Positions 23,816-35,265 of a DNA stretch of 64,000 nt are shown piece by piece. The number at the start of each line of letters is the position of its first letter. The first letter of the stretch is position 1. Made by a program: the position numbers and the translations under genes. Origin of the DNA: Amoebophrya sp. A120 (lineage: Eukaryota > Protista > Dinoflagellata); NCBI GenBank assembly GCA_905178155.1, contig CAJINV010000004.1:5166242-5230241 (forward strand), read 5' to 3'. The notes beneath the pieces are model-generated. The model had not been told where the DNA came from, did not search any database, and saw only the letters and a list, made by a program, of their open reading frames with translations.

Positions 23816-26800
23816 CTATTGAGGGTGCTCCGCCCCCCAGGAGGGCCATTTGATTTCGTTGCCACCTGAGCACCATGCATTGCAAATATCGATCTGGGTC
23901 TGGAAACTTGTGATGCTCAAATGCAATGATTGCGCACACTTGCATAGATAGATACTCCTGAGAGCAGCCAAGCATGACAAACTTTCAGGACACTTCACTT
24001 TCTCATGCGTAGAAGTGCGCATTAGATTTAGAGTGAGCTACGCTTCTGCATGACAAATAAAGATGTCTCCTTTTGCTTTTTGTTGGTCACGCATCAACTT
24101 CTACACAGATTTACATTTATATATTTGTATTTACACGAAGACGAAGCCAAGACACGCAAAATCCTCCCTTCCAGAGCCAGACCGCATTTTTTGCATTTTT
24201 TGATAAGAAATGGACCACATCTGGTCTTCCCCACCAAACGGTATAATTGAAGGACTGTTCGTGAGGCATTTCCCACCACATTGCGGTCGTATCGTCGCAT
24301 GTCGGAGTCGTTCCATTGGGGTAGATATGCGGTGCAAACATGTCTAATGGGTCAGAAAAGCCAAAGGCAAAGCTTCAACTTGGACTACTGCCTTAAACAT
24401 GCGGAACCGGAAGATCATGTCCTCATGCAGATATAGTTTTGCGTGACCGACAACAGCGAACCGGCTTTATTTGCTCTGATGAAAAGCCACAGCTTCTTGT
24501 AGTGCGCGTTGCCGTAAAATATGAAGTTGAGAAAGAGCGAGCAGAGCCCTAACAGTTTTTCATACTTGTTCACTTGTTCATGTTCTCCCTCATGGCCATG
24601 GCTGCACTTCCACTTGCTCGAAGGGATCTAGTAATTGTATTCATTTACTCCGCATCACAGCTTATATTTCTCGACCCAGACACATGGTTTCAATTTGATT
24701 ACTACAAGGCGAACGGCCGCAGGAAGTCGGCATAGGTGCCACAAGATGGCGTCCAATGCACCACGGCGCCGTTAACCCAGTGAACAAAGTATGGGACTCT
24801 CAAATGTTACACTCTCAACTACCTGATTTCTCATTGCAAAATTACCACAAGCCGCCACGCGATCAAGGTCGTACTTCGCATGACAAGCTCGCGAAGGCCT
24901 AAACTGCACGGAAATCCATCCCAAATTTGAATGATGTGATGCGAACGTTGCAAGCCCCTCCCTTTCAGTTTTGCTGTTCTTCTTCTTGCATCACAAACAA
25001 GGTCCGAGCACGGGGACAGAGTCCCCGTGCGGCGACCTTCCGGCATTTGCCTGCCTGCGCGGTGGCACTGGGCAGGCAGGTCGCCTGCAGCTAGGTATCT
25101 CGGTGCGCCTTGCATTCACTGACCCGCGACGGGCCTGCGGACGCGGCACCCTTGCTTGCGCGCACTAGGTCCGTTCACCTGCCGCGCGCAAAGATAATTA
25201 AAAGAAAAGAAGAAACAAACTGGCGCCGGGTGCGGATCTGGAGCGAGCCGGCCCGCAAGTCATAACGCGGCGACAGAATCCCCACACTTCTGCCCTAGGG
25301 ATTTTCTTCGCCCCGTGCTTTCTTGGCCGCGGGGCGTGGTGTCCGGAGAGTGTTCGTAGCTAGCCCCTAGGCCATGACGCGGGGACCGAGTCCCCGCGCT
25401 TGCCTAGGGCTTTCGCCCCGTGGCCGCACGGTGCCCGGGAAGCACTTGCAGCTGACCCCTAGGCCATGACGCGGGGACCGAGTCCCCGCGCTGGCCTAGG
25501 GCTTTCGCCTCGTGGCCACACGTTGTCCGGGAAGCGCTTGCAGCTGACCCCTAGGCCATGACGCGGGGACCGAGTCCCCGCGCTGGCCTAGGGCTTTCGC
25601 CCCGTGGCCACACGGTGTCCGGGAAGCACTTGCAGCTGACCCCTAGGCCAGGACGCGGGGACCGAGCCCCCGCGCTGGCCTAGGGCTTTCGCCCCGTGGC
25701 CGCACGGTGTCCGGGAAGCAATTGCTGCTGGCCCCTAGGCCATGACGCGGGGACCGAGTCCCCGCGCTGGCCTAGGGCTTTCGCCCCGTGGCCACACGGT
25801 GTCCGGGAAGCACTTGCAGCTGACCCCTAGGCCAGGACGCGGGGACCGAGCCCCCGCGCTGGCCTAGGGCTTTCGCCCCGTGGCCGCACGGTGTCCGGGA
25901 AGCAATTGCTGCTGGCCCCTAGGCCATGACGCGGGGACCGAGTCCCCGCGCTGGCCTAGGGCTTTCGCCCCGTGGCCGCACGGTGTCCGGGAAGCACTTG
26001 CAGCTGACCCCTAGGCCATGACGCGGGGACCGAGTCCCCGCGCTGGCCTAGGGCTTTCGCCCCGTGGCCGCACGGTCCGTCTCGCGACGCGTGACAGACT
26101 GGACTTCGGGGCCAAACCTCGCGTGACAAAGTCCGAAAGTTTGGCCGGGGTGTGTCCGAAAGTCTGTCTGGGGTGTGTCCGAAAGTCTGCCCAAGGTGTG
26201 TCCGGGGTGTGTCTGGGGTATGTTCGGACTTTTTGCCTGGGGTGTGTTCGGGGGTCTGTCTGGGGTATGTCTGGGGTGTGTCTGGGGTGTGTCTGGGGTA
26301 TGTTTATACCCCACCTTCTGCTTTTTCGCCAAAAATTTGTATTCAGGTCGTGATTGACTGCCATTTGCATACCCCTGACACACCCCCGAACATACCCCCG
26401 AGCATACCCCTCGCATGCATTTTTGACCAGCTGCTGCAGTTTAGATAGTAATAAGTATATGCAAGAGTTGAGAAGGTAAAAATGTTTGAGGATCTGATAC
26501 AAAGTCGCCGACAATTGCGGTGGAATTGTGGAACCAGCTGCTTAAATCACCACTAGCATGTGAGAGGGCACCGAAGATCGACAACATCGGCAAAGAAAAG
26601 ACTGCCAGCATAGCCAAAACCTGGGACGTGTACACCGTGCGCGGCAAAAGCAAGCTGGCAGACTTCGGGACCAAGCGACCACCCGCTGATGCGTCCGCAC
26701 GGCGGCCCGCAAGCGAAGTACTTCTGTTGGAATGCTGCAAGAGGAGCACCGAAACGACAAAAATCAAGGAAAGCGCCCACGCGAGGACCAAACACAACAC

Positions 26801-29364
26801 CCGCGGGAAGTGTATCCACCGGAAAAACTGCAACGCGACCATGTGCTCTTTGCCGATGAAGCACTCACCAAAGCGGCCGTGCGTTAGGCGGTACACGAAG
26901 TCTTCGTCACTCATGTCCTGCTCGCCGCTATCAAATGCAAAAATGTCTGGGTCTGGAAGATTCTGAGACTTTTCATGCACGTTTTGCATGGGCCATGATG
27001 TCTGTGATGCATGCCCTGGCATCACAGACTTTTTGAGAACTTCGTGATGCCTATTGCGCATGACAAATGCCCTCTCCGCATAGTCAAAATCGATTCCCTT
27101 TGCTGGTCATGCAATACAGATTTTTTTGGAATACCAAATGCAGCATCACAAGTTCGGACTCTTCCAGACCCAGACATATTTGCATTTGATAACCGCCACT
27201 ACCAAACAACACTGCGCCTATGTCGATCCTGTCGGTCCACACTAGCTGCCTCGTTTCAAAACCAAGCATCAACGCCACTGCCACAAACGACGCCCGATTG
27301 AGGAGCACCATGCTGTTCCGAGTGTTTTTGTCGTGAAGCAAGGAGGCAATCGCGTGCAGGGAAAAAGGGGTTGGCTTGGCAATCTTTGGCGCCCGAAATT
27401 CTTGTTTGTTTGAAGGAATGTTGATTGCTGTCTTTTTGTTGGGTGTCGTCCGGTCGAGACCGTCCGATAGATGCCCGAGGAGGGCCATGTAATTTCTAGC
27501 GTCCGACCACTGCAAACGTTTATCTAAATTGCATTGAAGTATACAAGAGCGTCCGAAGATGCCTAGGGATTGAATCTCCGAAGAGTATTGAACTTGAAGC
27601 GCTTTGAAAACAGAAATTAGCAATTACTGGAGGAGTCCGCGCGCTGCCGCTGGCCTACGACTGCTGTGTCAGGGGAAACTGCGTCCTGCGGCGAGATGCC
27701 GACGTCGTGGCGATCCTTCTGCTTCTGGTCTTCTTTGTGATCAAACGTGGCGCTCGGAACCGCCGCCGTTATCAGCAGCAAAAGCGCTGGAGCGATGAGC
27801 CAGACGACGCGAAGCACCAGATTCCCAAATCCTTCGGTGCCGAGAAAAGCGAGTCCGAGGCTTTCCCGACGCAAAACTTCCCATTCGTCCCAATGAATAC
27901 ACTGGCGGTCGTACAGCACGATTGTGTAGCGGGAGAGAAGCACGCAGACTTCGTTGATCACAAGGCACGTGGAGAAAATGCGGCCTTCTGCACTGCCCTG
28001 CTGCTGCGTCACACTCGCAAGCGTGCCCATGTAATAAAAATCCCATGGCAGCGCCCAGTACTCCGTGCAGCTGCTGGTGCCCTTCTTCCGGGTGGGGGCC
28101 GCTTCCGGTTGCCGTTGTTCGCCGGCAAGAAGATGGTCATCATCTTGCAGGAGCTGTGCAGGAGCGCGGGTAGAAGAAGTAGTTCCCGCTTCAGTTTTAC
28201 CACCCACAAGGGCGGCGCCCGTTCCCTGCGCCTGGTCGACCTCGTCGTCCTCGTCCTCTTCCGGAACATCATCAGAAATAAACTCCTGGGGCAGGAACAC
28301 GAGGCGGGTGGGAAGCACGAGCCCAGTCAGAAGTTATCAAAATGAAAAATCCCCCCTCCCCATATCAAAACGGAAATTTGTGATGCTGATTCGTGACCAC
28401 AAATCGGCTTTGTATTGCAGAGAGGCACTGCGGCCAGATCCCCAGGCTAGGTAGGGGCGAATGGGTCTAGTAGTTCAGCATGGCAAACGGCCCCCCTTTA
28501 GGCCCAGCAGCATGACAAATCGCTTCCATAATGGGGCGGAAGCTTCTGCCCTTGTCTTCTTGCAAGACAGATGTGATATGTGACCTCAAATCCGCAACAC
28601 AAATTTTTAGAAACATACCTTTTCAATATGGGGAGGGGGGATTTTTCCTCTCAATAGAAGTGCCAGAAAACCCACAGAGAGAAAAGAAACTGTTAAGAGA
28701 AACTCCAGTTTCGCAGCGCCCAAAATGAGTGTGAGCGTCCACGAGCCGACCACTTCGAGCATCGACATAAGATCGCGCACGATCCGGAAGCCCGACTCAT
28801 TTTCCTCGCTCACCTCCAGGATTTCTGCGCCGCAACTGCTCACGTCCGCTGTCAGTTCCTCGTTCTCGCGCTCGAGCTCCACGATCGACGCCTGCAGGTC
28901 TAAGGCCGACGCTCGGAGCGCGGTCAAGGATGTCTCTACTAGTGTGGCAACCGTCGCGCTGAGCTGAACGAGCCTCTGGTGGTCCGCCGCAGAGAGCTGT
29001 TTGTCCCAGGAGGAGCCCGGAGTACTAGTAGACGCCGGCGCCCGTCCAGCACGATCTGCAGCGACGAGCTTGCTACAACCGAAGATGTAGGTGAACTGGG
29101 TGTAGCTGGTCCCCTTGTTGCACTGCCCCAGCCGGCGGAGGGGCGAGCCTGATGATCCTGATCCTGATCCTTCCAGGCGTGGTCCTGCTCGCCATCCGCT
29201 TTTACAACCACGCTGAGTAAGTAGAGGAAGCAACCACACATAACTGGAGCCCAGAGCAGCAAGAATAGATCACGTTGTGGGAAGATGAACAGGAGCCGGG
29301 TTGTCGTGCAGCTGCTGGTGCGCCGTCCCGCCACTGAATGGAACCGTTTCGAGCCAGGCAGCAT
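23816..29364 (-). CDS. Multi-pass membrane protein with N-terminal coiled coil, paralogue A; five introners plus one probable canonical intron; apparent 1-nt frameshift near 29045
   Basis: Colinear similarity to 47286-51457: LPTRLVF.P, PW.F.YMGTL.SVTQ...SAEGRIF.TCL.INEVCVLLSRYT.VLYDR, FETRQLVW, GGRL.PK.ASLLLPR, W.PSCGTY.D.L.PF, WW.MP. All introner joins are in frame. Confidence 0.8.
23874..24205. mobile_element. Degenerate introner, GTCTGGGTCTGG family
   Basis: Ends CATGCATTGCAAATATCGATCTGGGTCTGG / CCAGAGCCAGACCGCATTTTTTGCATTTTTTGATA; flanks AGCAC/AGAAA; join VHF|SGGNEIKW...Q*. Confidence 0.7.
24322..24706. mobile_element. Degenerate introner, GTCTGGGTC family
   Basis: Eroded TIRs; flanks TGGGG/AGGCG; removing 390 nt joins LRPFA|NGTTPTCD, matching paralogue LIPFYNST...CD. 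Confidence 0.68.
25364..26075. repeat. Tandem array of ~8 copies of a 92-bp GC-rich multi-hairpin unit
   Basis: CTAGGCCA recurs at 25367, 25459, 25551, 25643, 25735, 25827, 25919 and 26011 (period 92). Confidence 0.97.
26130..26305. repeat. GGGGT(G/A)TGTCT 11-bp minisatellite interspersed with GTCCGAAAGT
   Basis: Directly visible tandem units. Confidence 0.85.
26929..27191. mobile_element. Introner, TATCAAATG..GTCTGGGTCTGG family
   Basis: 32-bp near-perfect TIR; flanks GCCGC/ACCGC; removing 268 nt joins LFGSGG|EQDM. Confidence 0.93.
28335..28656. mobile_element. Introner with GAAAAATCCCCCCTCCCCATAT subterminal inverted repeat
   Basis: Perfect GAAGT duplication; removing 327 nt joins FLALL|TGLVLPTRL (paralogue YAAVLVGILLPTRL). 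Confidence 0.93.
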
Positions 29365-30313
29365 GTTTTGATGGTTGCACTAGATTGATTTGTTTGATGA
29401 CGAGTACTGTATACGTAAATTAGTGAACTCTTGTTGTCTGATGAAGCTCTTCCGTTTGACAAGCAGTAACAAAAACCTATCTTCCGATACGTAGGCACTA
29501 TGTCCCCCGCCGATTATGCAAGTCGAGGTCGACCAAGACGAACAATTTTCTTCTTTTTCCTACGTAGAGACGAACCACTTAGAGGTCCCCGTCCCCAGGA
29601 GCTTCCGTCCAAATGCGACGGCAGTGTTCGTTACTAGCACTAGCGACACAAACTCACGACATGCTCACGACCAACTTCTACGCTACAAACAATAACGAAT
29701 CTCAGCGAAAAAGGCACGAACAGAACCCCTCCAACTACACCGACATAACTATTAGCATCAATTCTTTCGACGATGCGAGACGACTACTTAGCAGCTTGAC
29801 TCGCCGCTCGAGCTGCTCAAGATCTAGAATCCCCCCCGGCACGACAATATTTCAATTTGCTATGTCGCAATACTACGAGGAGCCACGATCATTTGGTGCT
29901 TCAGATTGATTGGCCGTCGAGTCAGTGACAAAGATCATGTATCTATGTTAAGCTTGTTTGAGAGAGGAAAACAAGCGAATGGATTTCCACGACGCTTCAG
30001 TCGAGGGACGCTTGACTTGTGCAGAACATAAAGCCCGGAGTGTGATATTGAACTCCATCCTGCAGGAGCCTTGTTGATAGTTGTCGTTCCTGTCAACTAC
30101 AGCGAAGATTTTCATTCAAACGTGACCTTGATCTCCATATAAAGAACAGTAGTCACCTGCTTGTCACCAGATGAGTTGGAGTAGCCGTCGCAGCACCACG
30201 TCAACGCAGTTGTAGGTTCAGGATTCATTGACATAGACATTGCAGCTGCCGATATAATAAACTCTAGTGAGTAATATACTCCATTTCATGGTTTACTTAC
30301 TATACTTTTTATC

Positions 30314-31501
30314 TCAATCCACGACAACATACACAACAGGAGCTGAGTGTGCATTGTCCGGAGGGCGACCCCTTCTACTTTCTCTGTTTTGCGGATCCTC
30401 TATTGTCAACATCCCTGGCCGTGACACTGACACACCAGGCGCCGGTACTGCCGCGGGTGGTCCTGTAGTGGCGGAAGTAGCATTTCCAGGAGACGGCTCC
30501 TGTTCTTGCACATTAGTAGTGTCCTCCGATTTTTGTGTAGTTGGCCGCTCCTCGCGGTCGCTTCTACCGACTACATGGTGTGCAGCTGCACCAGGCGTGG
30601 TCATCTCGTCATGATCCCCTAGTTGTTTCATGGTTCCCATTCCCTGGTCTTCTATTATACTTCGTCCGTGAACCTGGGGTACTGCCGTGTTGGTGTTCAT
30701 CGACGTGGGTAGGGAGGAAAATGATTCGGTCAGGCTCCCCCGCAGCGTGCTGGAGTTGGTATCCGATTGCTCCGCGTGCAGCTTCGTGGACAGTGTGGGC
30801 ACTCCTGCGCTGGAGGACACAACCTCGTGGTCACTGGTGGCGTTACTTGTGTCCGATTGGTACCGCCTCGAGGTCGCGAGCGTCGATCCCGAGTCCCCGC
30901 GACGCATGTTGCCGATTCGCCCTTGCGAGGTCGTGTAGTGAAAATTCTGCGGTGTTTGTTGCTGATCTAGTACAACCAGTTCTTCCCTGGTCGACGTCGT
31001 TGTTGTTCTGTTTGCAGGAGCGGATGAGTTGTTTCTGTACAGGTTGGCGCTACTGCTGCTCCGCATGGTTCGCGTCTGCACCACCTGCGGCAATCTGGGG
31101 CCTTCGCTACCGCAACTGGAATTCAGCTCCTCGTCGGAGATCCTCCGCTGGCGGGCCCGCTCCCGCTGGTACAATTGGCTCAGCCGCTTCAAGACGAGCG
31201 CGCCGAACGCGACGGACATTATCACCACGAACCCGACCACGCTCATCTGGCCCCGGCGGTCCTCCACGCCCGCTTCGTAGGGGCTGGTCGACGTCGACGC
31301 ACCAGCAGCCTCGGGGCACACCTGCCCGCTCGTGTACAATGCGCATGGGTCCGCGGTCGTCGTAGTGGACAAACTGGTCAGGAGAACGGAAGCAGGAGTA
31401 GGAGTGCCATCATTTTGTTCATCTTCCCCGGGGGTGGTCGTGGTCGTAGCAATGAAGCTCATTCCCTTTCCTTTCCCTTTGCTGGCAGCTTGCGAATACA
31501 A
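30314..31501 (-). CDS. Single-pass membrane protein, S/T-rich; true start probably in an upstream exon
   Basis: 395-aa ORF with hydrophobic VVGFVVIMSVAFGALVL followed by basic residues. Confidence 0.65.
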   Translation of the reverse strand: MYSQAASKGKGKGMSFIATTTTTPGEDEQNDGTPTPASVLLTSLSTTTTADPCALYTSGQVCPEAAGASTSTSPYEAGVEDRRGQMSVVGFVVIMSVAFGALVLKRLSQLYQRERARQRRISDEELNSSCGSEGPRLPQVVQTRTMRSSSSANLYRNNSSAPANRTTTTSTREELVVLDQQQTPQNFHYTTSQGRIGNMRRGDSGSTLATSRRYQSDTSNATSDHEVVSSSAGVPTLSTKLHAEQSDTNSSTLRGSLTESFSSLPTSMNTNTAVPQVHGRSIIEDQGMGTMKQLGDHDEMTTPGAAAHHVVGRSDREERPTTQKSEDTTNVQEQEPSPGNATSATTGPPAAVPAPGVSVSRPGMLTIEDPQNRESRRGRPPDNAHSAPVVYVVVD

Positions 31502-32730
31502 ATATCAAAACTCGTCGGAATAAATGAAGAATTTCTGCCCGAAGCAGCCGTGGGCATGATCGCGACTCCACGTAGCCGCCCCGCCTGAGGACCACCCTCC
31601 ACTAGTACCACTCCAGGTGGCGTGGGGGCCTCACAACTGGAACAGATACCAATTACTGCTTGCCGCTGCCACCTGGATCCGAATCAAATGCAAATGCTTA
31701 TCCGTAATCTCGCGACATTAAATGTTGATCAAAATTGAACTACTCCGATTAAATGAAGATGCAGAAGTAGAAGGAAGATATTCTTTAGTGACTGTTACGA
31801 ATACGATGGGAAAGATGGCGGGGCCGGGAATCAAGAATTAGAATTCCGAAACAAATTATAAAGGAGGACGCGGGCTTGGTGCGCAGCTGCCGCACCTTTT
31901 TATTTTAGCATTGACTTTCACAACTTCACAGACAACTATGAGATGAGGATAATGTTGGTGGGGAAGTACAATCTACTTCGAGGGGAGGTGAAAAAGCCAT
32001 AATATGGGTAGGACATTTGAGGGTAAGGAGGAGGACTGTTGTTCCGATTCACAAAAAATAACAGAAATTTTTCCGACAACACAATGATGACATCACAGAT
32101 GACCGATTGTAATCACAGGTCACGCGTTAGCATTTCTGTCAGTTGTCAAAACCGACAAGAACATAGCCTTCGAGAAAAGACTCCACGACCATCTGCACCG
32201 AATCATTTTTACATTTTTTTAACACCACACTTATCGACCTCTGAACTAGATCATTCACCGACCGCAAAAGTCGTGGCCAAAGAGTAACCGTAAAGAGGCA
32301 TCTTGAGAAGGACCGACCAAGTTGGAAACAGCAGCTCTCCTCGGTGCGGAAGCTGCCATCATCGTCATCAACAGTCACCCTTACCAGAGATGAACTTTGA
32401 AAAAGTAAGTAAAAGAACACACGTCAGCCCAGGCTGGTACAAGAATCTAGCCTCATTGTACAAGAAATCCAGTCGTTCAGGCTACGGGAGTCACGATCAG
32501 TATCGTGCACGCGCACGTCCTGTCAGTCCAAATCCTTATCTTTTCGTTTCTTGGTACACAAATTGTTTCTTACAAAACCACACAAGCTGCTCTTGGTTAT
32601 AGCCTGCCCAAATTGCTTTCCGGCTGGCGCAGAAGATCCTGTTATGCTTATGACATAACAAGTGCAACACACAATTACCGAGAGAACGTGGAACACTTCT
32701 CGCATGCCTTCACCTGTTTTTTCAGGTCCC

Positions 32731-34167
32731 TCAAAGCGATGAAGATAGTGACTCTACTGCAACGAGGTCCTCTGGTCCTCGCTGCGGAAAACGTACCGTC
32801 GTGACATCCCCGCGGTCCGCCTCGTCGAACTCCCCGGCCGGAAAAGAGACTACCCGCAGCGTGGCGATTTTCGACAATGCTTCAGCGATGTTTTTCCCGA
32901 TGTCCTCGTCCTCGCTCAGCAAGCAGTCGTCGTTCCCACCGAGGCCCAAAGCCCGGAGCTTGATGTTGTCCCCCAGCCCCGCAGCTCCCTGGGCCAACCC
33001 GTACAGGGTGTCTTTCTCCAGGCCGTTCCTCTCGAGGGACAGCACCTCTAGCGTGTCGTTTGTCTTCTCGAGTAGTTCTACCACGCTCTTCACAATCGCT
33101 TCACTCGTCTGATCAAAATTTTCGACCTCGGCAATCTCGTTCAGATAAAGTTCTTGCAGTCTCAGGTGCTTTCCAACCTCTTCCTTCCCAAGCGTCTCCA
33201 TGATTTGCACAAGCGCCTCGGTGTCGTGAAACTTGAGGCCACTGATGTTGAGATGCCGCAGTTCGTGGTGAACATCATCAGCGCCGTTGGTACTAGAAGC
33301 TGCTGCGCGTGCTCCCCGCTTCTCCAAATACGCCATGATGTCGTTCGCGATTCTCTTTTTTCCCTCTTCGTGCGAATCGACCCAGCCCGAACTAGCACCC
33401 GAAGACGCGAAATTCAATTCTAGGCTGGTTAACGACTCCGCAGCCCCGGCACGCAGAATTGTACGCAGTACATCCGGGCTCATTCCGATGTTGAAAAGCT
33501 TGAGGCTGGTAAGGGTCTTCATCCCGGTTGTTAATCTACCATCTGCACCGTCTGCAGTAGATGATGTCCAAGTGGAAAAAAACGCCCGCCAAAGCTTTGT
33601 GTTACTTTCCATGTCGGTGGAATCGAAGTGGAAGTTGGTCAAGTGCAAGTGAGAAAGACTTTGCGCGTGCCGTCCCAGCTCTTCCATCAAGGTAATCGCG
33701 TCTCGCATGCCCGCTTTGTCCTGGAGTACACGCTGCGCTCCGCTTAGACTCAATCCCGCCACAGGAACTCCCGCGTCGAGAAAGGTGCGCACGATTTGGA
33801 GAACCACCATCCAGCCAGCCTCATGCTTGACTTTGAATTCTAGCGCTTTCCCGTCGTCCGCCGCAAGAACCAACAGCGCCGGAGCTTCCCGCGAGTAATT
33901 TCGCGCCACAGAAACGCCCACTGGCGTTGAATTGGATGTTCCACCTCGGTTCTCTTGCAGCTCACTCTGCAATGCTAGCAACAACTCCGGAAGCTCAGCT
34001 CCTGTGTCGATGATCGCAAGAACTCCTGCCTTGCTAGTAGGCTCGGCGCAGTCCGATTCAACATGCCCGTTCGGAATCTTGAACAACCGCGAGACAATCT
34101 CACGGTACTCCTGCGCTGGGCCTCCAGCGATGGCGCCGTCGGACAAAACCGGATCCACTCCTGTCAT
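32731..34167 (-). CDS. RNI-like leucine-rich repeat protein, paralogue 1 (3' end may be spliced)
   Basis: LQELYLNE, LEVLSLERNGL and LRALGLGGN repeats; colinear with 35266-37197 (W..(V/L)LQI..TFLDAGV). Confidence 0.82.
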   Translation of the reverse strand: MTGVDPVLSDGAIAGGPAQEYREIVSRLFKIPNGHVESDCAEPTSKAGVLAIIDTGAELPELLLALQSELQENRGGTSNSTPVGVSVARNYSREAPALLVLAADDGKALEFKVKHEAGWMVVLQIVRTFLDAGVPVAGLSLSGAQRVLQDKAGMRDAITLMEELGRHAQSLSHLHLTNFHFDSTDMESNTKLWRAFFSTWTSSTADGADGRLTTGMKTLTSLKLFNIGMSPDVLRTILRAGAAESLTSLELNFASSGASSGWVDSHEEGKKRIANDIMAYLEKRGARAAASSTNGADDVHHELRHLNISGLKFHDTEALVQIMETLGKEEVGKHLRLQELYLNEIAEVENFDQTSEAIVKSVVELLEKTNDTLEVLSLERNGLEKDTLYGLAQGAAGLGDNIKLRALGLGGNDDCLLSEDEDIGKNIAEALSKIATLRVVSFPAGEFDEADRGDVTTVRFPQRGPEDLVAVESLSSSL

Positions 34168-35265
34168 TTTCGAGGTTTGCAGATGCAGATGCAGCACTTC
34201 ATCTTTCTAGTTCTAGTACTATCTCGAGTTACACCGACTACCAGGGATCACTCTTCTTCAGCTAGTTCCTTTTGTCCTCATACACCGGATGGATCGATAC
34301 GATGTACTTGTTGCATCACTGTCACTTAGAAGTAAATGCCGTGACCAATGGTGTTGACGATCCTAGAAAACCGCACGTAGATCCGATGTCACTGCTCCAA
34401 TTATATCGAGACCGAAAGGGCGAAGGCGATCGAACATACTTATGCCGCGTCCACGATGTGCTTGTGCATGATCATGATCGTTGTCGTTCCTCTTCATATT
34501 AATTACGCTAATGCTTACCCCGTGACTATAATCTTTCAAACTTTTGCACTACTACTTGATCAGCTACGTGCAGCCCCCTGGCTTTCCATTTTCACTCATG
34601 CCAGAAGTCGTGCAGCTACGGGTCAATGAACTTACACCACACAAACAAATCATACATAATTTTTAAGAAGATCATCCGTGCTTCATTTCTTTCCACCAGC
34701 GAGGATTTTTCAGTTCTCGAGCTGCTCCCCTTGAAGAAAAGTTTGTCGTATCCGCTCGTCTTTCGACAATGTTGGAAACAGTAGCTCAGTAGCTCTCCTG
34801 CTTGGTGCGAAAGCTGCCATGGCGAACACAGTTAGCTGCCCAACCCTAGTTCATTTAAGTTTTGCTGGCTACCGTGAACAACTGGACCGACAGAAGCGAG
34901 AAAGATTCTTTCCCAGTCTCGTCTCCAAAACTTTATTCAATTTTTTCTTTATTTTCAGTACCATCCTACAAATCATCCGAACCGCAAATCTCCAGTATCG
35001 TGCACACGCACGTCCCGTGTTCAGTCTCCGTGTTGATTGAAATGATTTGATATTCATTCTATCGCTATTCAGTTTGAGTGTCAGATGGTCAAGTATAATA
35101 CAATAACGTAACAAAAGTTTGTCGCGTCATCATCTCAGTGCCACAATCCTCTGGGATGAAAGAACCTCCAAATTGCCGCATGCAGAGCCAGCTGGAGCTT
35201 CTGCGTGCGCACAGTTACTACACTACGCAGCTCTTTCTGCAACAATAGCGCGTGGTTTTCTGAGC

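Larger units (their letters stand above)
24790..26499. mobile_element. 1.7-kb introner (CTCAAA family) carrying a nested tandem-repeat insertion
   Basis: Ends TATGGGACTCTCAAATGTT / AATGTTTGAGGATCTGATA; perfect CAAAG duplication; removal joins VGDF|VHWVNG in frame. Confidence 0.85.

Noticed and set aside
25364-26075. CRISPR array or hammerhead ribozyme array
   Set aside because: Units are near-identical over their whole length with no unique spacers, there are no cas genes, and I see no CUGANGA hammerhead core.
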